Origin: Octopus vulgaris
Taxonomy: Eukaryota
Length of the DNA: 64,000 nucleotides
Direction of reading: 5' to 3'
Assembly: GCA_951406725.2 (NCBI GenBank)
Contig: OX597821.1
Location: 46,376,001 to 46,440,000 of the forward strand
The translations under genes and the position numbers were made by a program. The notes beneath the pieces are model-generated. The model searched no databases. It was not told the origin of the DNA and saw only the letters and a program-made list of their open reading frames with translations. This document shows, in pieces, positions 55,506 through 64,000 of the stretch (position 1 is its first letter; each line of letters opens with the position of its first letter).

Positions 55506-55795
55506 GCTGCTTAAACAACCGAAGACAAGAATTAATATCAAACTACTACTAGCTGCTGCCAACTGCCTAGAACTCACGGGATTAAATAGTGAGACAGAGA
55601 CAGAGAAAAATAGGAAATGTTCCTTGAATTTGAAAACGATGGAAATATTTTTATAAAACATTTTATTTAAATTTTCCACAATTTAATTGCTTCTCATGCT
55701 TTTCTCTAAGTTGAAAAAGTCACAAAGATTGAAACCGGTACTAAAATGTTCTTCATGATAAAATTAGTTTAACATTTTCTACCTTGTCTTATTTT
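54410..55795 (+). mobile_element. Decayed 3' copy of the Neptune-type PLE (GIY-YIG + 3' UTR)
   Basis: KRICTIVSNA, LTCSGCREQYIGQTKNSLRQRMAL; 3' UTR and HHR colinear with 14820-16420. Confidence 0.88.
55708..55743 (+). ncRNA. U3-A8 minimal hammerhead, second copy
   Basis: ag TTGAAAA agtc-acaaa-gatt GAAA ccgg TA ct. Stem II is changed but still pairs. Confidence 0.6.
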
Positions 55796-56569
55796 GCTTA
55801 AACATATAAACTCGTGTTCTACACATACACACACACACACACACACACATACATACAGGCGCAGGCGTGGGTGTGTGGTAATAAGCTCGCTTCCTAACTA
55901 TCTTCATTTGCAAGTATTTATGGTTAACGACGCATTTCCTGCTTATACTCAGTTATTTCAAAAAATTTCGTTTAAATATTTAGAACTCATTCATTTTGAG
56001 CAAAGGTAAATTTTCTTATATGTTCTTGTCTAAAATTTATTATATTATATCTGTTATATTACCCTCAGATATAAAAATTTGGTAAAATTCTTCTATACGT
56101 AGGTCTCATTTATTAGTTCCTCGTCTGTATGGTTTTGCAGTACTAATTAATTCTCAGTTGATTGTAAAGTTTTTGTTTCTGTCTGTAATAGATCAGATTA
56201 ACCGACTTAGACTTGTTTGCAATTTTTACTTTTATTTCTGAACGAATTTAAGTGATTAGCCAGTCTTCTTTTGAAAATTAGTGCAGTCGCACCGATGTAA
56301 AAATATTCATTTCCCTCTGTGTATATTTCTTACTCTCCCTTATCTGCGTGCGAGCGGTTGTGCATGCGCATGCGCGTGTATATGGTTAAGAAAGAGAGGA
56401 TAGAGGTAGGAAGAGAGGGAGAAAGCGAGGAAGAGAGAAGAGAGAGAGAGAGGGAAAAAAAATAAAAATAAACATATTCTCATATCCTGAGTTCTATTTT
56501 CCTCTCGTACCTATACGTACACGAGGGCTTAATATATTTATAATATATATATACACACATATATATAGA

Positions 56570-57420
56570 TAGATATGAAATCTAGTTGTAAGGATATAAA
56601 CGATATCAATTTTAATTTATACACCAAAACCAAACTGAGGAAGGGAGATAACCTTTATTTAATCCCCTATTTTCGTTCTAAAGGTAAATCTGTCTTTCAA
56701 AAATAATTACACTAAAATAACTAAGATAACTAATAGTAAAACCATTTGGTTAATTATTCCATACGAGAGGCAAATTAAATCTAATCTTCCTTTGCAGTTT
56801 CGTGAAGCTACTATTAGGTATTTTCCAAAGAATTCTAGATATTACTCTTTTATCAACTCACACACGGTTAGGATTGATTTTTCCAACACAAAAACCTCTT
56901 ACAAATTATCTCTTCACATAATATTAACCTGTTAAATATTGATACATTTACTAATACTAACATTAATTTAGCTAATACCATCCATCCCCCTAGAAATATT
57001 AATAACAAGGTTATTGTATCTGAAGTCAATTACAAAAGAATCAAGTTTATGTCAAGTAACTCTAAAATTAAAGATTCTATATACCAGTGTAAAATTACTA
57101 CTGGTAATGAAGTATTATTTTTAATATAGGAAGCACATCTCAGTTATCTAAAAGAATTTCTAATCATAACTCTCCATTTAGGGTGAGGAATAAACGTAAC
57201 AGTACAAGGTTTAGTAAATTAATTTGGTATCTAAAAGACCACAATAAACAATTTAATTTAGATTCCTTATGACAAAGGCAAGAAATTGTGTCTTCTCTGT
57301 AATTCTGAAATATTTTTTATTCTCTTTTCTAAAAATCCCCTTGTAAATATGGTTATACAGCGTACATACCAATGTAAACATTGGCAGAAACACACCTTTA
57401 GTTCATATAAGTGATATCTA
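56570..57420 (+). pseudogene. Decayed PLE GIY-YIG endonuclease fragment (second PLE lineage)
   Basis: IYQCKIT, IGSTS, KRISNHN, SKLIWYLKD, PYDKGKKLCLLCNSE and CKHWQKH* across frameshifts. Confidence 0.7.
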
Positions 57421-57694
57421 TCATTATATATAATTTAAACATTACTTTTCTTCTTACATTTCACATTCACTAGATATATCTTTTTCCAAGTCTAAATGGC
57501 TTTATTTAATATACATATAGTTATATACTTCTCATTTATTTAGTTTTTCTTTCCTTTACCCTCCTCTTTCTATAGGCTACCTTCGACGTTATATCATACA
57601 ACGTTTTTTTTAAACAATCTTAATAGCATTTAGTTAATCACTATACATATCCATCATATATATATACACGTACAATAAAATTGCATCTTGGACA

Positions 57695-57757
57695 TAGAGT
57701 TACCTAAGGTTTTGCATCCACGAAGACAAAGCCTTGTGGACAGCTCGTCAGACTCTA
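57695..57757 (-). ncRNA. Type I hammerhead motif, G12A-mutated
   Basis: tagagt CTGACGA gc-tgtccac...gtggat-gc AAAA cct-t-agg TA actcta, stem I 6 bp. Lies 3' of the PLE ORF at 57937. Confidence 0.7.
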
Positions 57758-57936
57758 AATAAAGACAAACTTTTTTAATTTCTACGTTGCGGACATGAGG
57801 AAAAGCTCAGGAATCGAGAAATATGTCTTGATAAAAAAAACGTGAATGAGGACGGGTTATCTCCCCTGAAGCAGAGGAAAAACAACCCTTATAGACCCGA
57901 AGAGGCCTAACCAGCAAACGGGGAGATCTAATTTTC

Positions 57937-58600
57937 CTATAAGTAGCGCTTGAAGTGGACACATTTAGAAAACACTTCTGTATGACCATTTAACGCGCCA
58001 GGTTCCGTATAGTCCTTAAGAATTTTGGCTCTCACCGCCATGCAGATCTTGCAACGGTCACTTCCATTAATATATGGGCCCGGATGATCAATTAATTTCC
58101 AACTGATATCCCACGGGATCCCTTGATCTTTGAGGTGCCACATATGCTAGGCCAAGGACATGACAAACCATCTTTCTAGGACTCGGAAGGATGACTGGTG
58201 GTTAAGAAAACGTCACTTGAAAGAAGTACTCGCAGATCCAATATATTTACAAACACGGGATGTGGCCCTATTCGCACCCCTGGTAACACATGACGCGGGG
58301 CCGGTCATCCCATCAGTGTCGAAGATAATTATTTGGTCATCATCTGTGGTGGAGGTACTGAGAACAGCAGATACTTCTTCCAAGTTGCTGGTCCCAGATT
58401 GCTCATCATTTCTAGGTGTGGAGATTGTACTGGTGGTAACATACGCTGCGGTCCTTGTGACTTCATCTGTGTCTATAGTCTATTCATTATCTGTGGTGGT
58501 GGTACCAGGGTCTTCAGTGGCGCTCTCTGCGACGCTTGTCCCGGACTGGTTATTATGTCTGGGCGTGGCAATTGGATTGGCGTGAGATCTGATTAATACT
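57937..58600 (-). pseudogene. Decayed PLE GIY-YIG endonuclease C-terminus
   Basis: KYIGSASTSFK*RFLNHQSSF...HMWHLKDQGIPWDISW...PY..GSDRCKIC...LN..EVFSKCVH. Confidence 0.72.
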
Positions 58601-58645
58601 GCTCTATACTTTAGAGTGTGCTTCTTTCTGGTATATGTTTTTTTA

Positions 58646-58684
<39 letters not shown>

Positions 58685-58784
58685 TAAAAACGGTAAGATA
58701 ACAAAAGAAAGAAAGAGACCTCAATATTATGTAATTAGAGGAATTTATCTGTAAAATTAATATGTGACAATTATTCAGTAGCCA

Positions 58785-58847
58785 AGATAAAACTCTGAGT
58801 TTCGGATGCCGAGCTGGAAATCCACACCACCATTTCTTCGGTTATCT
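58785..58847 (-). ncRNA. Hammerhead-like motif (U4C core) in a (TA)n-embedded fragment
   Basis: agataa CCGAAGA ...catcc GAAA ctc-a-gag TT ttatct. Stem I 6 bp; stem II poor. Confidence 0.55.
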
Positions 58848-58856
58848 GTATACACA

Positions 58857-58916
<60 letters not shown>

Positions 58917-59003
58917 AATTTTTTATATGTGTATATATATATATATATATATAAATACATACACATATACATACATATATATATATATATATATGTATGT
59001 ATA

Positions 59004-59043
<40 letters not shown>

Positions 59044-59044
59044 G

Positions 59045-59085
<41 letters not shown>

Positions 59086-59539
59086 ATGTGTGTGTATTCT
59101 CTCACTGTTTTCCTTATCTGTCATACTTATATTGCAGAAACAAAAAATAGCTAACTTGTTATTTATCTGCACCGCCTCTGTCTCTTTCCTTTTCTATCTT
59201 CCTCTTTCTGTCTTTCTCTTTCTCTTTCACTCTCTCTATGTAACTATATGCATATATATATTTATTCGCTTATTCTCCCACAAACTGGGTTTTCTCTCCT
59301 TCTCTCCCTCTCTTCCCCTTCCTCTCATCTCTTCTTATCTCTTTCCCTTTCCTCCGCTCCCCCTCTCACTCTCTGTCACCCGCTCTTGCATACACACACA
59401 CGTGCGCGCGTCCACCAACACCCGGGCCCCCTTGTAATGAAGCGTAAGAAATATAACAGATGGATGCACGGATGGAACTATGGATAGGTGGGTGGATTGA
59501 CTAAACATTCATACATAAATAGATACGAACACGCACAAA

Positions 59540-60390
59540 GACACACTTATATGCATACATGCATACAAACACACATGCGTACATACATACAATATTTCAT
59601 ACATGCACACATACACACATACATACACACACACGTACATACATACATACATACATACACACACATACATACATACATGCATGCATGCATACATACATAC
59701 ATACATACATACACACATACACACATACATGCATACATACATACATACATACATACATACACACATACATGCATGCATACATACATACTTACATACATAC
59801 ATACATACATACATACACACACACATACACACATACACATATACATGCATGCAGACATACATACATACACACATACACACATACACACATACACACATAC
59901 ATGCATGCATGCATACATACATACATACATACATACATACATACATACATACATACACACATACACACATACATGCATACATACATACATACATACATAC
60001 ACACATACACACATACATGCATGCATACATACATACATACATACATACATACGTACTTAATACATACATACACACATACATACATGCATACATACGCACA
60101 CACATATACACATACACACATACATGCATGCAGACATACATACATACATACATACATACATACATACATACATACATACATACATACATACATACACACA
60201 TACACACATACATGCATGCATACATACATACATGCATGCATACATACATACATGCATGCATACATACATACATGCATGCATACATACATACATACATGCA
60301 TACAAACACACATGCGCACATACATACAATCTTTCATACATACACACATACACACATACATGCATGCATACATACCTACGTACGTACATA
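59540..60390. repeat. Long compound (CATA)n/(CA)n/(CATG)n array
   Basis: Direct observation; a ~65-bp irregular block recurs at both ends (about 59555 and 60293). Confidence 0.95.
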
Positions 60391-60503
60391 GAAGATAACA
60401 GAGAAGTTTAGCTTGTAATACAAGCATACATACGTATACAGACCCTAATACGCAATGACATCAACCCTTCCACATACATCTACGTGAGCACTTACATATG
60501 TAT

Positions 60504-60647
<144 letters not shown>

Positions 60648-60908
60648 TATGTAAGTCCCCTAATATTTTTTATTCAACATTTCATCTATTCAATAAGACA
60701 ATCAATACTTCATTTCAATTTTACTATATATATATATTATTTATACTATATATTCTATATTCTACATTAATATTATAAAGAATATAAATAAAACAAAAAA
60801 CAGACTAAGTTGGAATTTCTTTGAATAATATATATCCCTCGGTACACAATCATACAAACCTCTTTTTATATATACATACATACATACATACATACATACA
60901 TACATACG

Positions 60909-60995
<87 letters not shown>

Positions 60996-61464
60996 GCATT
61001 TACATACATGTATGTTTTTAGGAATACATACATACATTTATTCTCAGAGAGATAGATAAACGAATTAATTACATATGTGCATGCACACATGCACACACAT
61101 ACACAAAATCATTAACGTTCATAGAAACACACTGAGCATAGAATACATCCACCCGCACATGATGTAGAGACATACACTCAGGTGACTACTTTATCATAAA
61201 TCTACGCACACAGACAGGCACATACACACACACATGAGCACTCACCTTATCTGTCTTATACACGTTCACATACACGTGCCAAACGCGTGTATAACTGACT
61301 GTCTTTGTAATCTGTGTGAAGAATTGATTAAATTCAAGTTGTGTGTAGAGTATGTGGGCTTTATGTCTACAGTTTTGTGTGCTTGTGTGTGTGTGCCGTG
61401 CGTGTGTGTATGGATGTAAGTAAACATATGTGCATGTAAATATATCTGTATATATATGTATATA

Positions 61465-61693
61465 TTTCTTTACTACCCACAGGGGGCTAAACGTAGAGGG
61501 GACAAACAAGGACAGACAAAGGGATTAAGTCGATTACATCGACCCCAGTGCGTAACTGGTACTTTATTTATCAACCCCGAAAGGATGAAAGGCAAAGTCG
61601 ACCTCGGCGGAGTTTGAACTCAGAACGTAACGGCAGACGAAACATGGCTACGCATTTCGGCCGGGGTGCTAACGTTTCTGCCAGCTCACCGCC
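61465..61693 (-). mobile_element. SINE family B, long-tail variant
   Basis: Reverse complement of 33274-33503. Confidence 0.88.
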
Positions 61694-61842
61694 TTTGTAT
61701 ATATATATATATGTATATATGTATATATGTGTATGTATATATATGTATATATGTGTATATATATATATATATATACATATATGTATGTATATATATGCAT
61801 ATATATATATATATATGCATATATATATATGTATATATATGC

Positions 61843-61908
<66 letters not shown>

Positions 61909-61974
61909 GCATACATATATATATATATTTATATATATATACATATATTATGTATATATATGCATGTATATATT

Positions 61975-62325
61975 CTGTTACTCGCCTCATCCATGCAGCT
62001 GCGGTCATGATGGAGCACCACGGTGATCGATTTGATTTCCTCAGTCTGGGGTGTTTCACATCACCACTCCTGCATGTGCTTTTGTCCCAGCTGTTGACCC
62101 ATTTATTGTACAAGGTGGGGGGTTGATTCCGCTGCCCTCGTCTGCACATCATGCCAGGCTGTTGGTTCATCCGGTATTGTGTGTGTGGAGAAGGAGGATG
62201 TCTAGTTCCTTTTTGAAAACATCTACTTCCACCTTATGCAGATTTTTTTCATTTTTGTGACCAGGCATTGAAAAGCTGTGAGTCTTGGAACCTTAGACTA
62301 TTGCAGTACCTTGTCCTGAATCTAG
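61975..62325 (-). mobile_element. 3' end of a CR1/L2-group LINE
   Basis: Minus-strand remnants [19 protein letters not shown] and IPDEP, typical of CR1-group ORF2 ends. Confidence 0.55.
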
Positions 62326-62418
<93 letters not shown>

Positions 62419-62430
62419 TGAGTGTATATA

Positions 62431-62630
62431 AATTCTATAATTATGAGTATAATTATAATTAGAGTTCAGCAAAATTTGATTTCCCACATACCAAAATTTA
62501 GAAATAGCAGTTAAACTACCATTTTACTCCCATAAGAAAATCTCCCAGACAGCAAAACTCAACAACCGGTATGTGGTGAAGCAAATTTGGCTGAACCCTA
62601 ATTATAATTATATTCATAATTATAGAATTA
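62431..62630. repeat. Element with ~60-bp imperfect inverted arms
   Basis: aattctataattatgagtataattataattagagttcagc / gctgaaccctaattataattatattcataattatagaatt. Related to 1270-1420. Confidence 0.8.
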
Positions 62631-62743
62631 TTGTGTAAGTTAACCGATAATGGTTCTTTTAACATACCGAACTACTTGGTAAAATTATTAATTATTAATT
62701 AATTAATTAATTAATTTTACCCTTTATTATAATTATTAATTTC

Positions 62744-62775
<32 letters not shown>

Positions 62776-62867
62776 ATGTGTGTGTGTGTGTGCATACATA
62801 CACACACACATATATATATGCATATGCATACATACATACATAGAGAGGCATTCAGTCAACAGGTTTT

Positions 62868-62927
62868 GGGATCTAATGATACACTATAATGCTACGCCCT
62901 TTATGGTCGTGAAACTAAGGTAATCTC
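62868..62927 (+). ncRNA. Degenerate hammerhead motif (G5A)
   Basis: gggat CTAATGA tacactataa...ttatggtcgt GAAA ctaagg TA atctc. Confidence 0.5.
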
Positions 62928-63044
62928 ATTAAACGGTGTTATCTTACTTTAGGTATAAGAAAATACAGTAGGGTCAGTTAATTATGATTTTATGAATATA
63001 CATCCCCTTCTCAGATTTACACGTTAATTGCAGCGGGGATCTGC

Positions 63045-63308
63045 GACCCGCAGCCTTTCTTTCTGTTGGATACATTATCCAATCCTCATTCAGCACTATG
63101 GACTGACTTAGGAATATACGTAAGGAAGTACACCTTCACGGGAATATGGATAAATCTCCATACCCTCCGGAACATGGACCCGCAGCCTTTCTTTCTGTTG
63201 GATACGTTATCCAATCCTCATTCAGCACTATGGACTGACTTAGGAATATACGTAAGGAAGTACACCTTCACGGGAATATGGATAAATCTCCATACCCTCC
63301 GGAACATG
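63045..63308. repeat. 132-bp tandem duplication (2 copies)
   Basis: Units start at 63045 and 63177; one visible mismatch. Confidence 0.95.
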
Positions 63309-63665
63309 GTGGACTATGAGCTATAACGAACCTTGAACTTCATATCTTGCTACACATTTCTCCACATCAAATTCTCTCTACATTACCATATAATTTTTTT
63401 ACTGCCTATATATCCTTTTACTTATATGCTTGCTTTATATATTGTCTCCGAATATGGAAATGTGGATCCTGCTTATGGAAATGTGGATCAACATATTGAT
63501 CCATTAACTGGGATATTCATGAAACGGTTGTAAGACATTATTATTTCTATTTTTGCTTACTTCGCTTCCGCATTAAACTAACTTAAATGAACTGACAAGC
63601 TTGTCCAACCACGATTTAGTTATCCTCTTCCCTAAATTATACACACATACACACACACATATATT

Positions 63666-63703
<38 letters not shown>

Positions 63704-64000
63704 CAGGGGTTGGACAAAATAATGGCATCATAATTTTGAAATATCTATAAAGCCGTCAAAAGCTTGTTTATTTTTTGTTTTTTGATTTATTGTTGCTTAA
63801 TACGTTTTGCTAAAATTGCTGTTTTTTTCAGTTATCATCAGAAAAAGGTAATTAAAATTCATTAAAATGAAAAATCTATCGGACTTTCAAAGAGGTCAAA
63901 TTGTTGGTGCTTGTATGACAGGTGCTAGTGTAACGAAAACAGCCAAAATGTTTGGTGTATCAAGAAGTACTATCTCGAAAGTAATGACAGCCTTTAAAGA
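63704..64000 (+). mobile_element. 5' end of a Tc1-like transposon (TIR + transposase N-terminus from ATG 63867)
   Basis: ta|caggggttggacaaaataatgg end; MKNLSDFQRGQIVGACMTGASVTKTAKMFGVSRSTISKV paired-like HTH; runs off the window. Confidence 0.8.

Noticed and set aside
58213-58215. In-frame TGA in a PLE endonuclease as possible selenocysteine
   Set aside because: It lies in FK*RF, not at a Cys position, and fits CGA-to-TGA decay; a TAG follows in the same frame.

Overview
AT-rich animal genomic DNA, probably intronic or intergenic and saturated with microsatellites. The repeat landscape suggests a cephalopod such as Octopus (inference, not verified). Almost all ORFs in the supplied track are microsatellite artefacts. 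The real content is transposable elements: (1) a 5'-truncated Neptune-type Penelope-like element (PLE) with an intact RT + GIY-YIG frame (15608-17962, minus), plus decayed PLE copies; (2) a full-length RTE LINE with a 13-bp TSD and two in-frame stops, nested in a Tx1/L1-like remnant; (3) Tx1/L1-like, R4/Dong-like and CR1-group fragments; (4) Tc1/mariner elements and a non-autonomous Helitron; (5) four SINE families and one unclassified repeat family. Reading by eye gives about ten minimal type I hammerhead ribozyme (HHR) motifs from several unrelated families. Some carry compensatory C3-G8 to U3-A8 or G3-C8 cores, and several sit in long fold-back palindromes embedded in (TA)n tracts (cluster at 31.5-32.8 kb). 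The Neptune PLE has a U_UUU_UUA slippery heptamer in exactly the register needed for a -1 frameshift from its upstream ORF into the ATG-less RT frame. Three possible host exons (+ strand, all phase 2, one ending in a PTS1-like AKL) are low-confidence. All structures were inferred manually; no searches were run.
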